A stretch of DNA of 32,000 nucleotides from Ruminococcus albus 7 = DSM 20455. GTDB taxonomy: Bacteria; Bacillota; Clostridia; Oscillospirales; Ruminococcaceae. The stretch is taken from contig NC_014833.1 in assembly GCF_000179635.2 (NCBI RefSeq), forward strand, positions 3,000,001 through 3,032,000, written 5' to 3'. Below are positions 9,002-17,226 of this stretch, piece by piece. Under the pieces are notes generated by a model. That model was not told where the DNA came from, did no database searches, and saw only the letters and a list, made by a program, of their open reading frames with translations. The position numbers and the translations under genes were made by a program. The first letter of the stretch is position 1; each line of letters begins with the position of its first letter.

Positions 9002-10549
9002 TTACCCTCTGATAACTATCATCCTGCCGTCGTCTATACTGTCAGCACCGTCAGGAAGTCCGTTGTCCTCTCTGACAGCTTCAACTGTTGTACGGCAGCG
9101 CTTGGCTATATCCCATATATCCTCATTCTCACCGCACCTGCACAATCTCAGTGTACAGCTGCTGTCACGGGTCGCCGGCTTATCCTTATTAAGTATAACG
9201 CTGCTTACCAGCTTTGTGCCGCTTCCGCCGTTCAGCTTATAAACTACGCGCACATCCGTCCTGACCCTGATAGTACCGCCGTCACCGAGATAATACGAAC
9301 AGCCTGCTGTTTCAGCATAGGCTTCAAGTGTACTTTCACTGCTTTCTTCGGGAACAGCCGCTTCGGCTTCGTATGTACTCTGTCCCTCTATACAGAAGAT
9401 ACCGCCTTCACTGCCCTCTCCCATGACTGAGCAGGTCACTCCGCCGGATATGCGAAAGGTATTCCCGTCCTTTCTTATGGTAGGACGTGTGCATGATGCA
9501 TAGTGGTCATACACAGCGCCGACTGTGCCGTCAGGTGCGGCAAGGGTGCATTCGGATATACAGGATATATGCTTTTCATCTCCGCTGTCTGAAGATATCT
9601 CAACTATCTCATCCGGAAGACAATCATACTCGGTGGAGTATGCATCAGTCACACCGACACCTGCCCCCGATTTCTCTGCCGTACAAAAGACATCAAGTTC
9701 CAGTTCCCACTCCACGGTATTATCCTCTCCGCCGCCCGCCGTAATACTGCAGCCCGATGGCTTGACCCTGACACTGACCCTGTAGCTGTCATCAAGACCT
9801 TCCATATCTATCATACGGCTGAAGGGCAGGGTAAAACGAAGATCCTGCACACGGTCAGCGCCTGTTTTATCTATACAGGTACACAGTGCTTCCAGCTCGG
9901 CTTCTCCCTTTACCGCTAGCTTTCCCGCCACTATACGCTGCTCTGTCCTTGTTACTGAGCAGCCTGTGCGAAGCACTGTTCCGACAGAGGGCTTATCATC
10001 AGGGAGGGAGGTCTGCTGGATAACTGTTATTCGCTTTGATGCATACAGCCTTTTAACAGGATAGGTGACCGTCTGCTTACGCAGCTGTATTCCGCAGCCG
10101 CTGCCGCCTGTAACAACAGTTTTTTCCCGCTGACAGCACACCTTTACCGATGCGCATAAAGTACCCCGCACATCTATCCGTCTGCTGCCCTTTGCCCGAC
10201 AGGACAGCCGCAGGCAGTTAAGGTCTATCATTACCTCGGGCGAACTGCATTCACCTTCTATATCCAGGGTACGGCTGATCTCCGCATTCTGCTCTATGCA
10301 GTTTATGCGGCCGCTTCCCTCGGTAAGGTACAGCACCCTCACGGTAACGGTGATATCAAATGCCAGTCTCCCGTCGCTCACGCTCTGGGATGTGAGCTGA
10401 GGTTCTGCAGTACACCTGAGTATCCTGAAAACATCAGGATAATAATCAGGCAGAACTATATCCCGTTCCAGCGGCAGTTCCTCAGTGCGGTCAAGGGCTT
10501 TTTCGGTCACGCACACAGTGTCTGATATAAGTCTGAGTTCATCGTTCAT
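9002..10549 (-). CDS. sipL: DUF3794-repeat protein with C-terminal LysM-like domain (SipL/SpoVID-type coat morphogenetic protein)
   Basis: N-terminal LPDYYPDVFRIL motif typical of DUF3794. C-terminal ~45 aa is LysM-like (..EDIWDIAKRCRTTVEAVREDNGLPDG..GRMIVI). The stop is 14 nt before the spoIVA start, so co-transcription is likely. Assignment rests on domain architecture plus context, not on a search. Confidence 0.6.
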   Translation of the reverse strand: MNDELRLISDTVCVTEKALDRTEELPLERDIVLPDYYPDVFRILRCTAEPQLTSQSVSDGRLAFDITVTVRVLYLTEGSGRINCIEQNAEISRTLDIEGECSSPEVMIDLNCLRLSCRAKGSRRIDVRGTLCASVKVCCQREKTVVTGGSGCGIQLRKQTVTYPVKRLYASKRITVIQQTSLPDDKPSVGTVLRTGCSVTRTEQRIVAGKLAVKGEAELEALCTCIDKTGADRVQDLRFTLPFSRMIDMEGLDDSYRVSVRVKPSGCSITAGGGEDNTVEWELELDVFCTAEKSGAGVGVTDAYSTEYDCLPDEIVEISSDSGDEKHISCISECTLAAPDGTVGAVYDHYASCTRPTIRKDGNTFRISGGVTCSVMGEGSEGGIFCIEGQSTYEAEAAVPEESSESTLEAYAETAGCSYYLGDGGTIRVRTDVRVVYKLNGGSGTKLVSSVILNKDKPATRDSSCTLRLCRCGENEDIWDIAKRCRTTVEAVREDNGLPDGADSIDDGRMIVIRG

Positions 10550-10591
10550 GTTTATTTCCTCCTGTTTATAGGATAGCCTTTTGCTATAAAC

Positions 10592-10620
10592 ATGATATGC
10601 CTGTATTCACAGGATTATTC
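10592..10620 (-). promoter_or_regulatory. candidate sigma-E-type promoter for the sipL-like/spoIVA operon
   Basis: Minus strand reads gaATAat, then 14 more nt, then CATATCAT (-10 at 10592-10599). This fits ATA-N16-CATAcanT, the B. subtilis sigma-E consensus as I recall it. Confidence 0.35.
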
Positions 10621-10631
10621 CCCTATGAGCC

Positions 10632-11075
10632 GTGATCGCAGCAAACGATGATCTCAGACAGGATATATTCTATGTGCTTGACAGGCTGGATGGCTGTGAC
10701 AGTTCAGCATATACTATCATCCCACCCGAAGGCACAGGCTTCACGCCCATAGCGGTGAGCCATGCAGCGTCCCTTGAAGGCAGGTGCTTCGGGTGACGCT
10801 TTGAAACAGGCGGAAAGACGGTGGTTTTCACAGGCGATACTTCTTCGCCGGAACCGTTCATGCCTTATCTCACAAACGGAGCTTACCTCTACACGGAGTT
10901 ACCTGCTTATAACTCACCTGTACACCTGCATATAGATAAGCTGAGAGCAGTCATGCCCGAACTTGCAAAGCGAAATATCAAAGTATTCATAATGCACCTA
11001 GATGACGAGGAGGCACTCTGTAAGACCGCCGCGGAGATAGGCGCAGCTCCTGCTCCGATGTACACGGAAGAATGA
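10632..11075 (+). pseudogene. MBL-fold hydrolase remnant: N-terminally truncated and interrupted by an in-frame TGA
   Basis: One frame reads ..TPIAVSHAASLEGRCFG*RFETGGKTVVFTGDTS..KVFIMHLDDEE.., with TGA at 10794-10796. The His, GDT-Asp and late His motifs of the MBL fold are present. No HxHxDH segment exists, because the frame closes at TGA 10626-10628. Confidence 0.5.
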
Positions 11076-11095
11076 TATAAGAACATAAACACAGC

Positions 11096-11128
11096 AAGAC
11101 CCCGATACCGCAACGATATCGGGGTCTT
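11096..11128. terminator. bidirectional hairpin terminator between the MBL remnant and metY
   Basis: Perfect 12-bp stem AAGACCCCGATA / TATCGGGGTCTT (11096-11107 / 11117-11128) with a 9-nt loop. Confidence 0.6.
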
Positions 11129-11208
11129 ATAATGTATCGATATATCACACGCCGACGGCGCTGCTTCAGATCATTTTTTCCTCATTATACTTCCATACTT
11201 CTTCTGTA

Positions 11209-12498
11209 TCAGATGATGCCTGCTGCCTTGAAAGCCTGCTCGAGATCTGCGATAAGATCATCGGCATCTTCAAGTCCCGATGATATCCTTATGAGGTTAG
11301 CAGGGATATCAGCCAGCTTGAATTCTTCCTCATTCAGCTCAGAGTGAGTGGTATTCGGAGAATCAACTATCAGTGAACGGGCATCACCGAGATTTACATG
11401 ATAGTGGAACAGCTTTATATTATTAAGGAATGTCGCTTCCTGCTCGGGTGTTGCCTTTATGCCGAAGCTGAGCACTCCTCCGCCGCCGTTAGTGAGATGC
11501 TTATCTGCCAGTGCCTTGAACTTGTAATTCTTTGCACTGGGATGACGTACCCATTCAACAGCAGGACTGTTTTCGAGATACGCAACTATCTTCTCAGCAT
11601 TCCTTGTCTGCTTTGCAACTCTCTCCGAAAGTGTTTCAAGACCTATGATACCCAGATATGCATCCTGAGGCGAAAGTGCTGCGCCAAGGAGATTAAGGTA
11701 TACAAGAGTAAGTCTGAATATGAAGAAGTTGTCTGCGAATATATCAGCAGGCGACTTGCCCTTTAGCATTACTATCTTTTCATAGAACTGAGGATATTTC
11801 TCGGGGGTATAATAGCTCATATTGCCGTTATCGAGGATAAGTCCTGCGATGAGGTTGCCGTGACCCGTAAGAGATTTTGTAGCTGAATATACTACGATAT
11901 CAGCACCGTGTTCAAGAGGTCTGTAAAGGTAAGGTGTCGCAAGGGTGTTATCTACCACCACGGGAACACCGTGTTTGTGTGCCACCTCGGATATAGCATC
12001 TATATCCAGCAGATAAGCGTTAGGGTTGCTGATGGATTCAACATATATACCCTTTACATCGTCAGTGATCTCAGCCTCCAGCTTTGCAGGGTCAAGCACT
12101 GCATCGGTTATCTTGATCTTAACACCCAGTTCAGGGAAGAGTCTGTCAAAAGCATCAATGGTGCCGCCGTATACGTAAGGCGATGCAAGTATCGTACCGC
12201 CCTTTGCAGCCAGGTTAAGCAGAGTATAAGATATAGCAGCCATTCCGGAGCCTACTGCAACAACGTTCTTTGCACCGTCGAGAGCTTTTACTCTCTCTGC
12301 AAAGTAAGTTACAGTGGGATTGCCTACTCTGGTATAAAGGTAGCCTGCCTCCTTGTAGGTGAAAAGGTTCTGTGCGTGCTCGGTATCTCTGAAGTCGTAT
12401 GCCGCTGTCTGGTATATGGGAGGCGATACTGCCTGCTGATTATCTCCGGGCTCATAGCCTGCTCTTATTTTTTTGGTGTCGAATGCGAGTTCGCTCAT
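11209..12498 (-). CDS. metY: O-acetylhomoserine/O-acetylserine sulfhydrylase (PLP-dependent, Cys/Met metabolism family)
   Basis: 429 aa. Starts ..KIRAGYEPGDNQQAVSPPIYQTAAYDF.. and has the PLP-lysine motif YSATKSLTGHG. Typical length and C-terminal ..IRISSGLEDADDLIADL. Confidence 0.92.
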   Translation of the reverse strand: MSELAFDTKKIRAGYEPGDNQQAVSPPIYQTAAYDFRDTEHAQNLFTYKEAGYLYTRVGNPTVTYFAERVKALDGAKNVVAVGSGMAAISYTLLNLAAKGGTILASPYVYGGTIDAFDRLFPELGVKIKITDAVLDPAKLEAEITDDVKGIYVESISNPNAYLLDIDAISEVAHKHGVPVVVDNTLATPYLYRPLEHGADIVVYSATKSLTGHGNLIAGLILDNGNMSYYTPEKYPQFYEKIVMLKGKSPADIFADNFFIFRLTLVYLNLLGAALSPQDAYLGIIGLETLSERVAKQTRNAEKIVAYLENSPAVEWVRHPSAKNYKFKALADKHLTNGGGGVLSFGIKATPEQEATFLNNIKLFHYHVNLGDARSLIVDSPNTTHSELNEEEFKLADIPANLIRISSGLEDADDLIADLEQAFKAAGII

Positions 12499-12577
12499 AA
12501 TATTACTTCCTTTCGGTATGTTGTTTTCGATGAATCCAGTTTAACCGAAAATGCTCCAAAGGTCAATAATAAAGCAC

Positions 12578-12589
12578 GATAACGTTATC
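12578..12589. promoter_or_regulatory. palindrome copy 1, GATAACGTTATC (candidate operator)
   Basis: Perfect 12-bp palindrome, 11 bp upstream of a possible metY -35 (TTGACC, minus strand, 12561-12566; -10 TAAACT after 17 nt). Confidence 0.45.
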
Positions 12590-12682
12590 ATAACAGCCTG
12601 TCGGGAATGTTCGCAAAGGGCATTATGGTGCACCTGCGGCACTCATCGGATCTCTCATAAATGAATTCTCCTGCCAAAACAC

Positions 12683-12694
12683 GACAACGTTATC
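12683..12694. promoter_or_regulatory. palindrome copy 2, GACAACGTTATC
   Basis: One mismatch to copy 1. Same CA.. flanks (acGACAACGTTATCAc). Confidence 0.4.
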
Positions 12695-12771
12695 ACTTTG
12701 CTGTTACGGCGTTTTTCCAAAGCAAGACGCTGTGCGGCAGCATCAGAAAACCGAAATACGGCGCAGTATAA

Positions 12772-12783
12772 GATAACGCTATC
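12772..12783. promoter_or_regulatory. palindrome copy 3, GATAACGCTATC
   Basis: One mismatch to copy 1. Lies about 60 bp upstream of the LysR gene -35. Confidence 0.4.
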
Positions 12784-12844
12784 ACAAATGCCGGAAAGTT
12801 AAATTATTTTTATATCTCTCGATTATTTTTATACATTATGTGCC

Positions 12845-12873
12845 TTGACAAACAAAAACTAATATGATATATT
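12845..12873 (+). promoter_or_regulatory. sigma-A promoter for the LysR-family gene
   Basis: TTGACA (12845-12850), 17 nt, then TGaTATATT (-10 at 12868-12873). Confidence 0.5.
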
Positions 12874-12908
12874 AGAAAACAATAATTCATAGTAAAGAGG
12901 TGGGAAAT

Positions 12909-13838
12909 ATGACCCTTCAGCAGATGCACTATGCACTGACAATAGACAAAAACGGTTCAATGAACAAAGCTGCGGACAAGCTGAATATATCCCAGCCGAC
13001 CCTGACGAGCGCCATGCGTGAGCTTGAAAAGGAGCTTGGCTTTGAAATATTCCTGCGCACCCACAAAGGCGCTGTACCTACAGCAGAGGGTGCCGAGTTT
13101 CTGCGCAGCATAGGACTTATATACAGACAGTACGAGCTGGTATGCGAGAAATATTCGGATAAGGATATGAAAAGAAAATTCGGTGTATCTACCCAGCACT
13201 ATTCCTTTGCGGTGAATGCATTCATTGAAACCGTAAGACAGTTCGATACACTGGAATTTGAATTTGCTGTACGTGAAACAGAAACGCTGAAAGTCATCGA
13301 GGACGTGGGCAGCCTTAAAAGTGAGATAGGTGTACTTTATATAAGCAACTTCAACCGAAGATCAATAAACAAACTCCTCGAAGAAAATGAACTGTCCTTC
13401 ACGGAGCTTATAAAGTGCAAGGCTTATGTATATATGTGGAAGGGACACCCCCTTGCAAAGGAGAGTTCTCTCAGCCTTGAACAGCTTGCACCCTACCCAT
13501 GCCTTTTCTTTGAACAGAACGGTCATAACAGCCACCTGTATGCCGAAGAGATACTGAGTGAGAACATATACCCCCGTTCCATAAAAGCTACCGACCGCGC
13601 TGCCATGGGCGAGCTTATGCAGAAGCTGAACGGATACACCCTGTGCTCGGGTATACTGTGCAAAGAATTCTCAAGTGAATATGTGGTAGTCCCATACCGC
13701 GATGATACCGACAACCCCAACAGCATCATGGAAATAGGCTATATACGTAAGAAACACGGCTCTCTCAGCGAGATAGGGCAGAAGTATATTGAAGAACTCA
13801 AAAAAAGTCTTGAGCTGAATGCAGAAGAAAATGTTTAG
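12909..13838 (+). CDS. LysR-family transcriptional regulator
   Basis: N-terminal wHTH MTLQQMHYALTIDKNGSMNKAADKLNISQPTLTSAMRELEKELGFEIFLR, followed by a ~200-aa co-inducer domain. ATG 12909 follows AAAGAGG; the track start at 12900 is GTG. Divergent from metY. Confidence 0.9.
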   Translation: MTLQQMHYALTIDKNGSMNKAADKLNISQPTLTSAMRELEKELGFEIFLRTHKGAVPTAEGAEFLRSIGLIYRQYELVCEKYSDKDMKRKFGVSTQHYSFAVNAFIETVRQFDTLEFEFAVRETETLKVIEDVGSLKSEIGVLYISNFNRRSINKLLEENELSFTELIKCKAYVYMWKGHPLAKESSLSLEQLAPYPCLFFEQNGHNSHLYAEEILSENIYPRSIKATDRAAMGELMQKLNGYTLCSGILCKEFSSEYVVVPYRDDTDNPNSIMEIGYIRKKHGSLSEIGQKYIEELKKSLELNAEENV

Positions 13839-13875
13839 TTTATGTAAATAAAATGTAGACATTTTATGTAAACTC

Positions 13876-13903
13876 TTGCATTTTTATCTATATGAGGTAT
13901 AAT
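13876..13903 (+). promoter_or_regulatory. sigma-A promoter for htpG
   Basis: TTGCAT (13876-13881), 16 nt, then TATAAT (13898-13903), immediately upstream of CIRCE. Confidence 0.5.
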
Positions 13904-13907
13904 AGAT

Positions 13908-13934
13908 TTAGCACTCGGATATGTTGAGTGCTAA
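13908..13934. promoter_or_regulatory. CIRCE element (HrcA operator)
   Basis: Exact match to the consensus TTAGCACTC-N9-GAGTGCTAA: TTAGCACTCggatatgttGAGTGCTAA. Confidence 0.88.
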
Positions 13935-13971
13935 ATCTTTTTGTTTATAATTTGTAAGGAGCTGAAATATA

Positions 13972-15864
13972 ATGGAAACCAAGCAGTTCAAAGCGGAGTC
14001 CAAAAGACTTCTGGATATGATGATAAACTCCATCTATACTCACAAGGAGATATTCCTGAGAGAGATAATCTCCAATGCCAGCGATGCTATCGACAAGCTG
14101 TATTTCAAGTCCCTGACCGATACGAGCGTAGGTCTCAACAAGGACGATTTTGCTATACAGATAAAGGCTGACAAGGAAGCCAAGACCCTTACTGTCGAGG
14201 ATAACGGTATCGGTATGACAGAGGAAGAGCTGGAGAACAATCTGGGTACTATCGCACAGTCGGGCTCTCTTGCATTCAAGACAGACAACGACCTCGGTGA
14301 GGACGTTGATATCATCGGACAGTTCGGTGTAGGTTTCTATTCCACTTTCATGGTTGCCAAGGAAGTTCGCGTGCTGACAAAGGCTTATGGCAGCGACAAG
14401 GCTTTCCTGTGGAAGTCCAACGGCGTTGACGGCTACACCATCGAGCCTGCTGAGAAGGAGACTGCGGGCACTGTCATCACTATGGTGCTGAAAGAAGATA
14501 CCGAGGACGAGAAGTATTCAGAGTACTGCGAGACATGGCGCATACAGCAGCTGGTCAAGAAATATTCCGACTATATCCGTTTCCCTATAAAGATGGACGT
14601 TGAGCATTCCAACTATGCTGAGGAGGGCGAGGAGCCTACCACCACCATTGAGACAGAGACTCTCAACAGCATGACACCTATCTGGAAGAAGAACAAGAGC
14701 GAGCTGACCGATGAGGATTACAACAAGTTCTACTCCGAAAAGTTCATGGATTATCAGGAGCCTATCGCTCACATACATTCCAAGAACGAGGGTATTGCTA
14801 CCTATGATGCTCTGCTGTACATTCCTTCAAAGGCGCCTTTCGATTACTATTCAAAGGATTACGAAAAGGGTCTCCAGCTGTTCTCCAGCGGCGTGCTGAT
14901 AATGGACAAGTGTGCAGACCTTCTGCCTGACTGGTTCAGTTTTGTAAAGGGTGTTGTTGACAGTGAAGACCTTTCACTGAACATTTCCCGTGAGATGCTG
15001 CAGCAGGACAGACAGGTCAAGATAATCGCAAAGAACGTTGAGAAGTCCATAAAGAACGAGCTGGCAAAGCTGCTGAAGAACGACCGTGAGAAGTATGAGA
15101 AGTTCTTTGAGGTATTCGGTCTCCAGTTCAAGTTCGGCATTTATCAGAGCTACGGTGCTGCCATAGATACCCTGAAAGACCTGCTTCTGTTCAAGTCCAC
15201 CTTTGAGGACGGCAAGAGCGTAACTCTGAAAGAGTACGTATCCAGAATGAAAGAAGATCAGAAGTACATCTACTATGCCTGCGGCGAGACCAAGGAGCGT
15301 ATAGACAAGCTGCCCCAGATCGAGAAGATCAAGGACATGGGCTATGAGGTTCTCTACATGACTCAGGACGTTGATGACTTCTGCCTGAAGGTAATGCTGA
15401 ACTATGACGGCAAGACATTCAAGTCCATAAGCGATGCCGATGTTGATCTCGACACCGAGGAGGAGAAGGAAGAAGTCAAGAAGCTGGACGAGGAGAACAA
15501 GGATATGTTCGCCTTCATGCAGGAAACTATCGCTGACAAGGTAAACAAGGTACGTCTTTCCAAGAAGCTGAAATCTCACCCTGTATGCCTTTCCAGTGAC
15601 GGCGGCATGATATCCATTGAGATGGAGAAGGTGCTCAACGCTATGCCCCAGAACGACGCTAACCGCGTAAAGGCAGACAAGGCACTGGAGATCAACCCCA
15701 ATCACGAGATATTCGGCAGATTGCAGAAGCTGTATGCTGAGGACAAGGACACCCTGAAAGATTACACCAAGCTGCTGTACGATCAGGCACTGCTGATAGA
15801 GGGTCTTTCCATTGATGACCCCGTTGAGTTCGCAAACCTGGTATGCAAGCTCATGGTTCAGTAA
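13972..15864 (+). CDS. htpG: molecular chaperone HtpG (Hsp90)
   Basis: 630 aa. N-terminus METKQFKAESKRLLDMMINSIYTHKEIFLREIISNASDAIDKL with the GHKL ATPase motifs. AAGGAG RBS at 13956-13961. Confidence 0.97.
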   Translation: METKQFKAESKRLLDMMINSIYTHKEIFLREIISNASDAIDKLYFKSLTDTSVGLNKDDFAIQIKADKEAKTLTVEDNGIGMTEEELENNLGTIAQSGSLAFKTDNDLGEDVDIIGQFGVGFYSTFMVAKEVRVLTKAYGSDKAFLWKSNGVDGYTIEPAEKETAGTVITMVLKEDTEDEKYSEYCETWRIQQLVKKYSDYIRFPIKMDVEHSNYAEEGEEPTTTIETETLNSMTPIWKKNKSELTDEDYNKFYSEKFMDYQEPIAHIHSKNEGIATYDALLYIPSKAPFDYYSKDYEKGLQLFSSGVLIMDKCADLLPDWFSFVKGVVDSEDLSLNISREMLQQDRQVKIIAKNVEKSIKNELAKLLKNDREKYEKFFEVFGLQFKFGIYQSYGAAIDTLKDLLLFKSTFEDGKSVTLKEYVSRMKEDQKYIYYACGETKERIDKLPQIEKIKDMGYEVLYMTQDVDDFCLKVMLNYDGKTFKSISDADVDLDTEEEKEEVKKLDEENKDMFAFMQETIADKVNKVRLSKKLKSHPVCLSSDGGMISIEMEKVLNAMPQNDANRVKADKALEINPNHEIFGRLQKLYAEDKDTLKDYTKLLYDQALLIEGLSIDDPVEFANLVCKLMVQ

Positions 15865-15888
15865 TTCACTTCTATCAATTCATAATTG
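15862..15888. repeat. left arm of ~27-bp imperfect inverted repeat bounding the htpG/oxidoreductase spacer
   Basis: TAATTCAC-ttctatc-AATTCATAATTG. The first 3 nt are the htpG stop codon. Confidence 0.6.
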
Positions 15889-16016
15889 CCCTCGGCCGGG
15901 CGGGCCGTTTCCGCCTATTATAGGTTCGCGGTGAAGATAAGTATCGTGTGACGGCGGGTCAAAGGATTGTGATGAAGATAGTATCTATGATACTGAAAAT
16001 ATAGCTAATAAAAAAT

Positions 16017-16056
16017 GTGCGCTTATCGCGGAATTGCGGTAAGCGCATTTTTGTGT
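16017..16056. terminator. bidirectional rho-independent terminator
   Basis: Stem TGCGCTTATCGC / GCGGTAAGCGCA (one G-T pair), flanked by an A-run upstream and TTTTT downstream. Serves both convergent genes. Confidence 0.7.
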
Positions 16057-16131
16057 TCTTAAAATTGTCAGAGTTGGAACGTATTCTTGATGTTTACTTA
16101 CGATAGCAAAACACACTATCCGCCCTGTCAA

Positions 16132-16158
16132 CAATTATGAATTATGAATTGTGAATTA
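16132..16158. repeat. right arm of the inverted repeat; also a 7-bp tandem array (AATTATG AATTATG AATTGTG AATTA)
   Basis: The reverse complement reads TAATTCAC-aattcat-AATTCATAATTG, matching the left arm in an 8-bp block and a 12-bp block at identical spacing. Ends 2 nt before the oxidoreductase stop codon. Confidence 0.6.
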
Positions 16159-16159
16159 G

Positions 16160-17137
16160 CTAGACTTCCTGCGGGAACTTTAAGCCCCATTTACTGCGGC
16201 ATTCGTCCATTATGCGCATGATGCTGAGGGTGTCTTCGGGTGGAACAGCTTTGCTGGTTTTAAGTCCCTCTGCAAGACATTTCTCGGCTTCTCTTATCTC
16301 GTATTCGTAGCCGTTTATCTCGGGCGGGAATAGCCTGTCCTCTATCTGTCTGCTTTCGGCATCGTACAGTGTACATTCGGGTGAGCAGAAGAACCAGTCG
16401 CCCATGATGATACTGCCCTTATCACCCACGATGACAGCGTTGTTGCGGTTCTGTATCTCAAATCCCGATGTGGTAGATGCGTATGCGCCGTCGGGATACA
16501 GCAGTGTCACACTGTTTGAAAGGTCGATACCGCCGCTGATGTGCGCATGGGTCTCGATACTACTCGGTTCGCCCATAAGTGACACAGCAAAGGTTATAGG
16601 ATACACGCCGAGGTCAAGCAGAGCTCCGTCGCCGCATTCGGGCTTGAAGAGCCTGTCATTCTTATCAAAGGGGATAAAGTTGTTGAAATCCGCCTTGATG
16701 TAGCGGATATCGCCAATGCGCCCCTCTTTTATCCACTGCCTAACTTTAAGGTAGGCAGGACGCATCTTCATCCACATTGCTTCCATAAGGAACAGTCCTT
16801 TTTCTTCGGCTTTCGCGAACATAGCCTCAGCCTGCTTTGTGTTCAGGGCTATGCTCTTTTCGCAAAGCACGTTCCTGCCGTTTTCAAGACACAGCATGGT
16901 ATCATCATAATGCCTGTGCATAGGCGTAGCGATATATACTATATCTATGCTTTCATCATGTGCCAGCTCCTCATAGCTGCCGTAAGCCTTTTCAAAGCCG
17001 AATTCATCCGCAAAGCTTTGTGCACTTTCTACAGACCTTGAAGCAACAGCAGCAGTAACCGAACTTCCCTGCTCTTTGAGTGCCTGTGCAAAAGTTCGTG
17101 CTATCTTACCTGTACCAATGATACCCCAGCGTGTCAT
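16160..17137 (-). CDS. Gfo/Idh/MocA-family NAD(P)-dependent oxidoreductase
   Basis: N-terminal Rossmann motif MTRWGIIGTGKIARTFAQAL, an EKS motif (..VLCEKSIAL..), 325 aa. Confidence 0.9.
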   Translation of the reverse strand: MTRWGIIGTGKIARTFAQALKEQGSSVTAAVASRSVESAQSFADEFGFEKAYGSYEELAHDESIDIVYIATPMHRHYDDTMLCLENGRNVLCEKSIALNTKQAEAMFAKAEEKGLFLMEAMWMKMRPAYLKVRQWIKEGRIGDIRYIKADFNNFIPFDKNDRLFKPECGDGALLDLGVYPITFAVSLMGEPSSIETHAHISGGIDLSNSVTLLYPDGAYASTTSGFEIQNRNNAVIVGDKGSIIMGDWFFCSPECTLYDAESRQIEDRLFPPEINGYEYEIREAEKCLAEGLKTSKAVPPEDTLSIMRIMDECRSKWGLKFPQEV

Positions 17138-17226
17138 AAGACCACTCCTTTACATATTTATCTGCATGATCATACCTCTTACATACCGGATCAATCAGTG
17201 TAATATCAGAACCTGAAATAACAGCC

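Noticed and set aside
10670-10861. 63-aa minus-strand ORF opposite the MBL remnant.
   Set aside because: It is antisense to a frame with clear MBL-family similarity and has no RBS.
12499-12845. Possible SAM riboswitch or Met T-box leader upstream of metY.
   Set aside because: I read the minus strand for the SAM-I core (GAGGGA..GCAACC..GUGC.AA) and for the T-box sequence (GGGUGGUACCGCG) and found neither. A plausible promoter lies only about 50 nt upstream of the start. This cannot be formally excluded without a covariance-model scan.
13941-14171. 76-aa plus-strand ORF overlapping the htpG start in another frame. The 127-aa minus-strand ORF at 4819-5202, overlapping the clpC 3' end, is a similar case.
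   Set aside because: Both are out-of-frame overlaps with strongly supported genes.
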